DNA of 64,000 nt from Candidatus Bathyarchaeia archaeon. Its GTDB lineage: Archaea > Thermoproteota > Bathyarchaeia > Bathyarchaeales > Bathycorpusculaceae. Shown piece by piece: positions 1-8,044 of the stretch. Where the stretch lies: the NCBI GenBank assembly GCA_038882955.1, contig JAVZNC010000001.1, forward strand, positions 224,001 to 288,000, given 5' to 3'. The notes beneath the pieces are model-generated. The model had not been told where the DNA came from, made no database searches, and saw only the letters and a program-made list of their open reading frames with translations. Position numbers and translations under genes: made by a program. Position 1 is the first letter of the stretch, and each line of letters begins with the position of its first letter.

Positions 1-123
1 TTTGCAAGAATAAGCCGCATAAGGGAGGATAAATCTCCAGAAGAAGCGGACACCATACAGAGGGTTAAAGAGATATATGAAAGGCAGTTTTTGAAAAAAG
101 GTAGATATAGCGTAGCTGACTAA
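1..123 (+). CDS. lig: ATP-dependent DNA ligase, C-terminal end (partial)
   Basis: Frame 1 reads FARISRIREDKSPEEADTIQRVKEIYERQ...*, matching ligase motif VI (R-x-R-x-D-K); stop at 121-123. Confidence 0.8.
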   Translation, partial: FARISRIREDKSPEEADTIQRVKEIYERQFLKKGRYSVAD

Positions 124-145
124 ATACTGGAAGTGGCGAACGTTC

Positions 146-1183
146 ATGCCTAAAAAACTAAACAAATCATTTTACGACGAATTTTACAGCCGCCAAATAG
201 TGATGCGCGAACTTGGCAGAAAAGGACAAAGAAAGCTTACAAACTCAAAAGTTGCGGTTGTTGGACTTGGCGGATTGGGAACAGCATCATCCCTATACTT
301 GGCTTTAGCGGGAGTTGGACACTTACGTCTCATAGATCAAGACACGGTTGAGCTGCACAACTTGCACAGACAAGTCTTGTACAGCAAAGATGACCTGCGT
401 TATCCAAAAGCAGAAGTCTCAGCAAAAAGACTAAAGAAAGTCAACCCTTTGGTGGAAGTTGAACCCATCTCCGAAAACTTGAATGCAGAAAACGCTGAAA
501 AGCTAATCTCTGGAGTTGACTGCGTTGTTGACGGTTTGGACAACATAAGAACACGCTATCTTGTCAACCGCGCATGCACAAAACTTAAAATTCCATATGT
601 TTTCGGAGCGGCAATAGGAATAGAAGGAAACCTCTCGGTTTTCGCCCCGCCAGAAACTCCATGCTTGGAATGCGTGTTCCCAGACATAGATGACAGAAAC
701 ATTTTAACATGCGACGTACGCGGGGTCCTTGGAGCAACACCTGGAATAATTGGAACAATGCAGGCAATGGAAACCATAAAAGTTTTGACTGGAATCGGCT
801 ACACGTTGAAAGGCAAACTCATGATCTGCGATTTCAGCGACATGTACTTCACAGTAATAGACATATTCAAAAGAGAAAACTGCCCAACATGTCAAGGCAC
901 GGCGGCCCAGCTAAAACAAGAAAAACTCGTGTGGCTGTGTGGAAGAAACACGGTGAACATAAACCCAGAAAAGCCATTAAAACAAGACCTAAACCAAATC
1001 TACGAAAAAATCAAGCGGCATTTTAAAGTGCGCATAAAATCCCAACTCGCAATAATGTTCAACCACAAAAACTACGAAATAAGCCTATTCAAAGGCGGAC
1101 GCATGCTAATAAAAAACGTCGAAAACGAAGAAAAAGCCCTAAAAATCTACAAAGAAATAACCAAAAAACTCACAGCCAACTAG
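146..1183 (+). CDS. moeB: ThiF/MoeB/E1-like adenylyltransferase (UbaA-like)
   Basis: GLGGLG, DQDTVELHNLHRQ, CLEC and CPTC zinc motifs. Confidence 0.88.
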   Translation: MPKKLNKSFYDEFYSRQIVMRELGRKGQRKLTNSKVAVVGLGGLGTASSLYLALAGVGHLRLIDQDTVELHNLHRQVLYSKDDLRYPKAEVSAKRLKKVNPLVEVEPISENLNAENAEKLISGVDCVVDGLDNIRTRYLVNRACTKLKIPYVFGAAIGIEGNLSVFAPPETPCLECVFPDIDDRNILTCDVRGVLGATPGIIGTMQAMETIKVLTGIGYTLKGKLMICDFSDMYFTVIDIFKRENCPTCQGTAAQLKQEKLVWLCGRNTVNINPEKPLKQDLNQIYEKIKRHFKVRIKSQLAIMFNHKNYEISLFKGGRMLIKNVENEEKALKIYKEITKKLTAN

Positions 1184-1216
1184 CCTAAATACATTTATCC
1201 AAGTTCAAAATACCTT

Positions 1217-1528
1217 TTAAATTGCCGGGGTGGCCGAACGGTTCAGGCGGCTGCCTGCAGAGCAGCTATATGTGGGTTCAACTCCCACCCCCGGCTTATC
1301 AACCATGAATGGCGCATTTACGTCTTTTCTGTTCCCAGTTACTGTTCCCATTGTTCCCTTCTCTGTTCCCTCTCCTAGCGTTTGTGCGTTTGTGTTGAGT
1401 TTTTCAGTTACCGTATGCTTCATGAACACTCGTTTTCCATTCTGCCACGTGTAATGCACCACTCTTTGACTTTTGCCTCTAACTTCAAGAACACCTATCT
1501 GACCGCAAACTGGACACGTTACCTTCAT
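1217..1528 (-). CDS. Integrase N-terminal fragment (CPVC zinc-ribbon-like start), running through attL
   Basis: Ends ...PGVGVEPTYSCS, the same peptide in the same frame that begins the C-terminal fragment at attR. Confidence 0.85.
   Translation of the reverse strand: MKVTCPVCGQIGVLEVRGKSQRVVHYTWQNGKRVFMKHTVTEKLNTNAQTLGEGTEKGTMGTVTGNRKDVNAPFMVDKPGVGVEPTYSCSAGSRLNRSATPAI
1224..1296 (+). tRNA. tRNA-Cys(GCA), intact; integration target
   Basis: Acceptor GCCGGGG/CCCCGGC; anticodon stem GCTGC/GCAGC with loop CT-GCA-GA; T-arm GTGGG-TTCAACT-CCCAC; discriminator U; no encoded CCA. Confidence 0.96.
1260..1296 (+). repeat. attL, 37-bp direct repeat (3' half of tRNA-Cys)
   Basis: GAGCAGCTATATGTGGGTTCAACTCCCACCCCCGGCT, identical to 7537-7573. 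Confidence 0.96.
1369..1399. repeat. 31-bp direct repeat, copy 1 (identical copy at 4111-4141; degenerate copy at 1539-1569)
   Basis: CCTCTCCTAGCGTTTGTGCGTTTGTGTTGAG; encodes LNTNAQTLGE on the minus strand. Confidence 0.92.
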
Positions 1529-2238
1529 GAATTAATCACCCCCTCAAGGCGTTGTACGTTAGTGTTGAGCTTTTCGCTTTTCTTTTTCTCTAATTCCGTC
1601 AGCACCTTTAACATTAACGGCTTGAAAAACGTTCTTCTCCACGTTTCATATTCTGGCTTCTTGTTTGCACATTCACTGCTCACTTCATACCAGAAACGCA
1701 GTCCTCTACCACGTCTTCTTCCCTCAACCGTATGCATGTCAAAAGCCTCATTCGGTATCTCCTCAAGATTCACCATGATATTTCTCAACTCCATGTTCTC
1801 TGGATATTTCCGCGCTGTATCAATCAGCTCTAAGAACTCATCTGCACGCCTATCCTTCGGCGCTTCCGCCAAGATTAATGCTGCCAGACAAATGCAACGT
1901 TTACAGTCCCAACTCAGTTCTTTCTCGCCTCGACCTTTAAATTCCAAGAATTTTCTGTAAAGCGTCTCAACAGCGTTAATCGCCCACGGCTGACCGACAT
2001 CTTCATCGGCTATTACTCTTAATCTTCTCCATGCCATGTACCAGTTCTGTTCCGCCAGCTTTAACGCGTAATACATCGCCTTCGCCGACAACCCTTTTCT
2101 TATGCTTTTTTGCAACGCACTTTTCAACAATGATTGCTCTTCGGTTTCTTTCTGGCTTTTCAGCTTCTCTATCTCTTGACCGAACAAGTCGACTTGTTTT
2201 CCTTTAGCGTTTCCACTAACCTCTTTTTCTTTTATCAT
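1525..2238 (-). CDS. Stand-alone MgsA/RarA C-terminal-domain-like protein (no AAA+ domain)
   Basis: KSALQKSIRKG..AMYYA..WRRLRVIADEDVG resembles MgsA SAxxKSIR..RRLxxxAxEDIG; IPxxAxDxHTxxGRxxGRG motif; no Walker A. Confidence 0.72.
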   Translation of the reverse strand: MIKEKEVSGNAKGKQVDLFGQEIEKLKSQKETEEQSLLKSALQKSIRKGLSAKAMYYALKLAEQNWYMAWRRLRVIADEDVGQPWAINAVETLYRKFLEFKGRGEKELSWDCKRCICLAALILAEAPKDRRADEFLELIDTARKYPENMELRNIMVNLEEIPNEAFDMHTVEGRRRGRGLRFWYEVSSECANKKPEYETWRRTFFKPLMLKVLTELEKKKSEKLNTNVQRLEGVINS

Positions 2239-2287
2239 AACTTAACCCCCTTTCTTGTTTTTTACGATATGAGATATGCTTCTGTTC

Positions 2288-2303
2288 TTTTATAAGACTT
2301 TCG
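2288..2303 (-). promoter_or_regulatory. Putative BRE-TATA promoter for the MgsA-like gene and integrase
   Basis: Minus strand CGAAAGTCTTATAAAA about 50 nt upstream of the ATG at 2238. Confidence 0.55.
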
Positions 2304-2381
2304 ACCTATTTCTGAGTCCCATTTCACTTTTCCGCCGAGAAAAAAGGAGGAACTGAAGCGTTCTCTTCTGCTCTCTCTTTC

Positions 2382-2852
2382 TCACGGCTCATAGACGTTG
2401 AACACCAACGTAAAGCTGTACGGCGTTCCACATGTCGCACCGTTCTCTGTTAGCGTAATGTTCACTGGTACTTGATTGTTTGAACTCACATATAGACCGT
2501 ACGCTGTTTCATCCCACTTTTCCCACTGATTGCCGACGTACCGCCAAATCTCAAGAATCCAGACGCCTGGAAAGTCTTCAGTCGTCCATTTCACGTAGCC
2601 ATTCATCGTTCCCGTATACACAAGAAGCGCCTCTAACGTTTTGTTCTGCCCTCTTGAAACGTATTCGCCCCAATCGTAGCTCAAAATCCTAGTGCTATTT
2701 TCTCTGAAGCGTAGCTCAATCTGATAACTCGCCTTTAACGTCATCTGGTTCGGTATCTTCTCTTGATACATCAAATTGCCAACCGCGTAAACAACTCCAA
2801 CCACCAAGACGAGCAGAAGCGCAGCCGTTTTCAAACTAATCGTTTTCGCCAT
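2382..2852 (-). CDS. Secreted or membrane-anchored beta-rich protein
   Basis: N-terminal hydrophobic helix (AALLLVLVVGVVYA), alternating beta pattern, NxS/T sequons, GGAGG SD upstream. Confidence 0.75.
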   Translation of the reverse strand: MAKTISLKTAALLLVLVVGVVYAVGNLMYQEKIPNQMTLKASYQIELRFRENSTRILSYDWGEYVSRGQNKTLEALLVYTGTMNGYVKWTTEDFPGVWILEIWRYVGNQWEKWDETAYGLYVSSNNQVPVNITLTENGATCGTPYSFTLVFNVYEP

Positions 2853-3390
2853 CTTCCTCCTTCCTTTTTGTTAGAAGTTGAATTTTCTCTTTGCCTTTTA
2901 TATGTCTTCTTTTCGGCTTCTTTCGGCAAACTCTCCTCTAAAAACGCTCTATTCTACCTTACACCGCCAAGAAAGGCTCAACTGAGCTTTTCTCCTCTGC
3001 CTCGTACAGCTCGAAACAGTTAACTGCAAACCGCCTCGACATAAAACGGTATAAATCCCCTATCGGCTCTCTGTCTCGTGTAATCTGGTTGCTCCCATGA
3101 ACAAACATCGCTTATCCCAGCTTTTCTGTTCCCATCTGGACTGCAGATTCTATGTCTCCAGCCGTTCCCATCTTTAAACGTCAACACCTCTCTTTAAACA
3201 CTTCATTTCATGATGTTCAACGCCAAAGCAACTGCACCAATCTCTGTACTGCTGAAGTGGTTTCACCGTGTGTTTTTCGTGTTCGTAGGCGTTTAAAACG
3301 GGCTTTTTTTCTGTATTTTTTCTCCATGAACCGCGCTTTTCTTAACCCTCAAAAACCGCATTTTCATACATAAAATTTATCGGCTCATAT

Positions 3391-3702
3391 TTACTCTGCT
3401 GGAATCCACTCATCACTGCGATATTCTGTGTCTGTGAGCAGTTTCCTCATGAATCGTTCGGCTAATAGTTTTCCTTTATCGGCGGACTCACGTTTTAACT
3501 GTTCTTCACGTTTCCTCATCTCTTCCTTCTTCGCTTCTTCACCAAGATGTTTTTTCAGCAACCACTCAATTAGCCTCGACAAATTAGTTCCCTCCTTCTT
3601 CGCCTGCTCTTTCGCTTCTTCATGAAGCAAAGCGTCTAACGTAATCGACACCAGCTTTCTCCTTCTCTGTTCTTCTAAACTGACGGTGCCTTCTGGACAC
3701 AT
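3391..3702 (-). CDS. Ribbon-helix-helix DNA-binding protein with coiled-coil tail
   Basis: RKLVSITLD..LHEEAKEQAKKEGTNLSRLIEWLL is a CopG/RHH pattern. Confidence 0.75.
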   Translation of the reverse strand: MCPEGTVSLEEQRRRKLVSITLDALLHEEAKEQAKKEGTNLSRLIEWLLKKHLGEEAKKEEMRKREEQLKRESADKGKLLAERFMRKLLTDTEYRSDEWIPAE

Positions 3703-4103
3703 CGTTCTCCAACCTCATACAAAACTTCCAAGAACTGCTCCATAAACCTTTCTTTAGCCCGCTCAATTTCCCGCTGCCTATCTACGCTGCCCACTACTAT
3801 TGTTTTTACGCCATGCCATCTTAACATAGCTTCGCTCATTGCATCCCAACAGTCTTTTGTAACAACCAAGATTTTCATCGGACAGTTTGAACTAAATCTT
3901 TCTATCACGTTTTCATGCAGCCATTTTGCGCTTACAAACTTTGTTCTTCTTAATCGCTTGGCTTCTAGCTCGAAAAGTCCATCAAAGAAATCTATTCTAC
4001 CGCAAGTGTCCCATGTTAAATCTTTTACTCCAAACTCTTTAAGCCACTCAAGAATCAACAGCTCCAGTTTTAGCCCGACTTTCCGCCAAATCCACTTCTT
4101 CAT
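3675..4103 (-). CDS. Putative PD-(D/E)xK nuclease
   Basis: Upstream helical E, then GRIDF...ELEAKR (D...ExK spacing). Confidence 0.6.
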   Translation of the reverse strand: MKKWIWRKVGLKLELLILEWLKEFGVKDLTWDTCGRIDFFDGLFELEAKRLRRTKFVSAKWLHENVIERFSSNCPMKILVVTKDCWDAMSEAMLRWHGVKTIVVGSVDRQREIERAKERFMEQFLEVLYEVGERCVQKAPSV

Positions 4104-4897
4104 TCTTCATCCTCTCCTAGCGTTTGTGCGTTTGTGTTGAGGTGTTGCAGTTTTTTCCACAGCCATCGGTAATATCGTACCAGCTCTGGGTTGCACTTTA
4201 ACTCCGTTGCGATTTCACTGTTGCTGCATCCTTTCGAGAAAAGTTCAAAGGCTTTTTGGCGCTTACTGTCTTTATCAATCGCTTTTCCTCTCCGCCCCAT
4301 CTCTTCACCTTTCACACCATCAAGAACAAATTTATCAACGTCAAGATGTGCCGCATTTGTCCAGTTAAACCATGCAGTCGCTCTTCTCTCCTCTAGGGCT
4401 CTGTAAAAGTATTCACCTTCCTTTTTCGTCAGTTCAAACGTCAAACTTGTCGGCAGCGCTTGTGGTTTCTGCGAAACAATCACGGCTAACGTATCGTTAG
4501 CTCTTCCGTAACTGCTAACCAGACATTCCATTGCATTCTTGCTCTTTGTCGACAACCAAGAAGGGGCATCTTCAATTACGACAATACTGTGCTTCAGCTT
4601 CTCCAAATGAGGCGGTATCAAATTGGACGTTCTAACATGAAAGTTTCCAGCGCCTAACTGTTTTTCGTAAATCTGAAGCGTGTCTTCAAGCTTGAACTGT
4701 CTAATCCAGATGTAGACTGGTCTCTTTTCAATCTGCAGCAACTCTTTAACCATAATCGCCGTAAACGTTGACTTTCCACTACCCATAACACCACGGACAG
4801 AAATCGTTAATCTACACGGCTCAAACGCAACATTTTTAAGCAAAAAACAACTCAACTTTAACACGGGCGTCCTTTCCGACATCTTAATCAACTCCAA
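4100..4897 (-). CDS. P-loop ATPase (FtsK/HerA/A32/Zot-like) with C-terminal HTH
   Basis: Walker A GVMGSGKST, Walker B IVVIED, GR...LAVIVSQ (Arg finger/sensor); HTH GCSNSEIATELKCNPELVRYY. Confidence 0.75.
   Translation of the reverse strand: MELIKMSERTPVLKLSCFLLKNVAFEPCRLTISVRGVMGSGKSTFTAIMVKELLQIEKRPVYIWIRQFKLEDTLQIYEKQLGAGNFHVRTSNLIPPHLEKLKHSIVVIEDAPSWLSTKSKNAMECLVSSYGRANDTLAVIVSQKPQALPTSLTFELTKKEGEYFYRALEERRATAWFNWTNAAHLDVDKFVLDGVKGEEMGRRGKAIDKDSKRQKAFELFSKGCSNSEIATELKCNPELVRYYRWLWKKLQHLNTNAQTLGEDEE
4111..4141. repeat. 31-bp direct repeat, copy 2
   Basis: Identical to 1369-1399. Confidence 0.92.
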
Positions 4898-4927
4898 TCC
4901 CGCCTTCTTCCATACGCCCCAACCCCC

Positions 4928-5125
4928 TTAGTTTGTTTTTAGCTCTCGTACGCACTGTAAAATTTCATCTTTGCTAAGTGTTTTTAGCTTCTCCAGCCCA
5001 AATCGGAAAATTAAATCTGTAAACTTCATCCAGCCTATTTCTCGGTAAAATTTTTCATGAAAAATACGCCTAGCCTCATAATACGCCGATAGGCAAACCT
5101 TTACTGATTTACTTGCGAACATCAC
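4928..5125 (-). CDS. Small hypothetical protein, possibly RHH-like
   Basis: Overlaps the upstream gene in the element's operon; beta-alpha-alpha pattern. Confidence 0.55.
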   Translation of the reverse strand: MMFASKSVKVCLSAYYEARRIFHEKFYREIGWMKFTDLIFRFGLEKLKTLSKDEILQCVRELKTN

Positions 5126-5561
5126 GCATCGCCTCTTCCTTAAGCCACTTAACCAGATACCTGCTTTTTTCAGCGTATGGCACGCGCGGGTCTCCCATGA
5201 TTACAGTCCAAAACGGCTTTTGCGCTTCCTTCTTCCTTTGAGGTTTCAGTTTCTTGGGCGGATACTTACCCGTACGCGCAGCTTCAAGCGCTGGCTCTAA
5301 AAACTTCACTTCTTCCTTAGCGCATTCGTCGAGATAATTCAAAAACTTAATCAGTTCTCGCCATTCATCGTCTGTTTTATCAATCTGCTCCATCGTGACA
5401 AAAGGCTGCTTCTTAGGTCTATTAGGCTTAACAGACTCACGCTTCTCTAAAGACTTAGGTTTTTCGATTTTTGCCAGCTCCCACACGCCCGTCAACGGAT
5501 TGCGACATAAATGAACTTCTCCGTTTTCCGTCTGAACTTTAACAATAAGCGCCTCCTTCAT
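5109..5561 (-). CDS. Hypothetical basic protein
   Basis: ATGA overlap with the upstream ORF, GGAGG SD. Confidence 0.7.
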   Translation of the reverse strand: MKEALIVKVQTENGEVHLCRNPLTGVWELAKIEKPKSLEKRESVKPNRPKKQPFVTMEQIDKTDDEWRELIKFLNYLDECAKEEVKFLEPALEAARTGKYPPKKLKPQRKKEAQKPFWTVIMGDPRVPYAEKSRYLVKWLKEEAMRDVRK

Positions 5562-6013
5562 CTACACGCCTCCAGCAGTTTTTTCGGTTTCCAATCTCCG
5601 CAGCGCACTCCTCTTTCAAAATCACGCATATTGCCGAAAAACCCATGAATCTCACAATAGGGCTGAAGTCCGTAATTCACAATCGCTCCGCTTGGCATCT
5701 TATAACTGTGCTCTTTCTCTGAAAAGCGTTTGCATCCTTCACATGAAAAAACTCCATCGCACACAATTGCCAGAACTCTTTTAACGTGACTCACTGCATC
5801 CGAATCTGAAACCAACCTTATCAGTCCTTGACTTTCAAGAATTTTTGCCAGCGGAAGCTCCTGCTCCTTAACGTAATACCCGTAAGGATTACCTTTCACA
5901 GCTTTCAAGAAGCAAACAGCTTCACCAAAAGTCGGTTTATAGGATTCGGCTTGCTCCACAACTTCCGCTTTTTCACTCTTTCTTCGCAGAAACTTGAACA
6001 ACCTCAACATCAC
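5558..6013 (-). CDS. Hypothetical protein, possible winged helix plus Cys/His zinc site
   Basis: LESQGLIRL wing-like motif; CEGC...CEIH...C; GAGGTG SD. Confidence 0.68.
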   Translation of the reverse strand: MMLRLFKFLRRKSEKAEVVEQAESYKPTFGEAVCFLKAVKGNPYGYYVKEQELPLAKILESQGLIRLVSDSDAVSHVKRVLAIVCDGVFSCEGCKRFSEKEHSYKMPSGAIVNYGLQPYCEIHGFFGNMRDFERGVRCGDWKPKKLLEACR

Positions 6014-6179
6014 CTCTTAAAGCAGCCTCCATGAACGCCATCATAAACTCGACAGCGAACTCGACAAATCGGCTTTTATTCGCGAATCCATACTTTTTAC
6101 AGAATTCATCCAGCCTTACTTGAACGCCCTCGTCAATCGTGAAAGTTGAAAGTTTCCTAACTCTAAACGGCGGCGTCAC
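5973..6179 (-). CDS. CopG-like ribbon-helix-helix protein
   Basis: STFTID..VRLDEFCKKYG..NKSRFVEFAV. Confidence 0.72.
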   Translation of the reverse strand: MTPPFRVRKLSTFTIDEGVQVRLDEFCKKYGFANKSRFVEFAVEFMMAFMEAALRGDVEVVQVSAKKE

Positions 6180-6427
6180 CGAGACCTCCCTCGCCTAGTT
6201 ATTAGAAAAACTGCACCGTACAATTCTTGACCTTTAACCTTACCCGCTAAAACTTCCTTGATGAGTTTGTCTGATTGGTCTAAACCTTTCGTTTGAATCC
6301 GCCGTAAAACCGTCTTGAAGTCATCTCCAACATCGCAAATAACCTCGTTTGATACCTTCGGCTGCTCGGCTTTAGGAACATTGCTAACCATTCGCCGTAC
6401 ACGTTTATAATCTTCGCCGTATGTCAT
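6176..6427 (-). CDS. Hypothetical protein, first gene of the element's main operon
   Basis: GGTGA SD and BRE-TATA upstream; GTGA overlap with the next gene. Confidence 0.7.
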   Translation of the reverse strand: MTYGEDYKRVRRMVSNVPKAEQPKVSNEVICDVGDDFKTVLRRIQTKGLDQSDKLIKEVLAGKVKGQELYGAVFLITRRGRSR

Positions 6428-6458
6428 TTTTTCACCATATTATTTAAATACATTTGTC

Positions 6459-6474
6459 TTTAATAAAGTTTTCG
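6459..6474 (-). promoter_or_regulatory. Putative BRE-TATA promoter of the element's main operon
   Basis: Minus strand CGAAAAC-TTTATTAAA. Confidence 0.6.
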
Positions 6475-6518
6475 TTTCGCTTCGTTCTTAGCTATGGTCT
6501 TTTGATGATACCTCGTAT

Positions 6519-7573
6519 TTACTCGAAAATGCGTAACCACCTCTCCTCATAAGGTTTTAGAACTTCCAAGATTTTGCTGAACCATTTCTTTAGGTCTGCC
6601 GAGAAATAGTGTTTGCCGAAAATGCTGCTCGGTGCTCTTCCTTGCGTTAAGTCAACTATTTCACTCGGTATTCCTTTTTCCGCCAAGATTGTCCCGTGCA
6701 TTTTTCTCAGTCGATAAGTCCAGCACGGCAACCCTTTGCATCTTAACCGTGAACGAATCAAATCCCAGCTTATGCGCTCCTTTCGCCTATGCCACTCATC
6801 GAGAAACTGCAGCATCCTCTCTGAAACAGGTGTCACATAACATTTTTTCGTCATCCTCATGAAATGCTTATCCGTCGCATGAACCAAACAGCCTAAATCT
6901 GGGCTATAATATCCTTCTAAACCTTCTCGGCTAATTTTATTCAACGCGTAAATCCACTCACCCGTTCTCAAACCACTCAAGAAACCAAACGCCAAACCGT
7001 TCCAAACGTTCCAACCAAGATTTGCGCTCTTACATCGCTCCATCCACGCTTCCGTCTCCGCCACTAAACTCGAACGATTCAACAGCCAACCGAAAACGTC
7101 ACATCCGTTCCAATGATTCCACTTAACACCAGCCTCTTCCAACCAACGCTTCATCTCACTGTAACAACCAAGAAACTTGCTCAGCAGAATTAGCAGCGCC
7201 TTCCCGTTATTACCCTTCACCGCCACATCCAAGAAACGCCCAGTCTGAAGCAGCGCCCAATCATTACGCAAACGCTTCAACATCTCACGCCGATAACTCT
7301 CCGCATAACCCCTCTGCTCAAGCCACCAAGAAAAACGCAGCACAAACGCATCGTCAATATGCTCACGGTATGCCTCAATATGCCTATTTTCCCGCCCCGA
7401 CCAAAAACCGCACTGAAAAGACGGCAAAACTGAAGCGGAAACAGCTAAAGACGACACAACAGAAACGGAATCACAGTTATATAAACGATAACTGCTTTGT
7501 TCATGAAGGGAAGGAACGGAAACCGTAGGTGTCTGTGAGCAGCTATATGTGGGTTCAACTCCCACCCCCGGCT
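6519..7573 (-). CDS. Tyrosine integrase C-terminal (catalytic) fragment, SSV1/pTN3-like
   Basis: SGLRTGE (R), TKK (K), YRLRK, QGR, KHYF (Y); reading frame passes through attR. Confidence 0.9.
7537..7573 (+). repeat. attR, duplicated 3' half of tRNA-Cys
   Basis: Identical to 1260-1296. Confidence 0.96.
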
Positions 7574-7645
7574 CTACCTTCTATTCACAGAAATCTTGGT
7601 TCTGAGTATGACATTGAAAAAGGAAAAGAGCGTCTACATTTCTAA

Positions 7646-8044
7646 GTGAATGCAAATTTTGGATATGAATCTTGGATTCATAACCCTAATTACTTGTTCA
7701 ATCTTTTAAGTATTCGAAGTGAGTGTGAGAATTTGCCTTTATGGCATGAAATTGAGGATTTGCAGAAGAAAAAGGCTGAGTTGGAGTTTCAGCTTCATTC
7801 GATTGAAGAGAAAGAGAAAACCCTCGAAGAGAGAGCGAGGCTACTGGAGGAGAAATTTGCGATTCAGCAGTTGGAAGAGAAACTTAAAATTAAGATGGAA
7901 ACTGTGGAGAAGCTTGAGGCTCGGATAAGCGAGTTGGAGCAGAAACTTAAACGCGAAACAGAAACCGCTGTAACGATGAGAATTGAGCCGCAGGCGCAGC
8001 AAAACACGAATGAATCTCCGCTGCGAAGACTCTTTGAAGAATAA
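7646..8044 (+). CDS. Coiled-coil hypothetical protein (true start probably near 7732)
   Basis: Long E/K/L heptad pattern; lies outside attR. Confidence 0.7.
   Translation: MNANFGYESWIHNPNYLFNLLSIRSECENLPLWHEIEDLQKKKAELEFQLHSIEEKEKTLEERARLLEEKFAIQQLEEKLKIKMETVEKLEARISELEQKLKRETETAVTMRIEPQAQQNTNESPLRRLFEE

Larger units (their letters stand above)
1260..7573 (-). mobile_element. tRNA-Cys-integrated element (small provirus or integrative plasmid); predicted excised circle 6,277 bp
   Basis: Flanking 37-bp att repeats, split tyrosine integrase, and compact, often overlapping ORFs all on the minus strand. Confidence 0.93.

Noticed and set aside
1324-1400. Short repeats near attL as a CRISPR array
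   Set aside because: The repeats are 7-8 bp with no regular unique spacers, and no cas genes are in the window
7646-8044. Coiled-coil gene as part of the integrated element
   Set aside because: It lies outside attR and on the opposite strand
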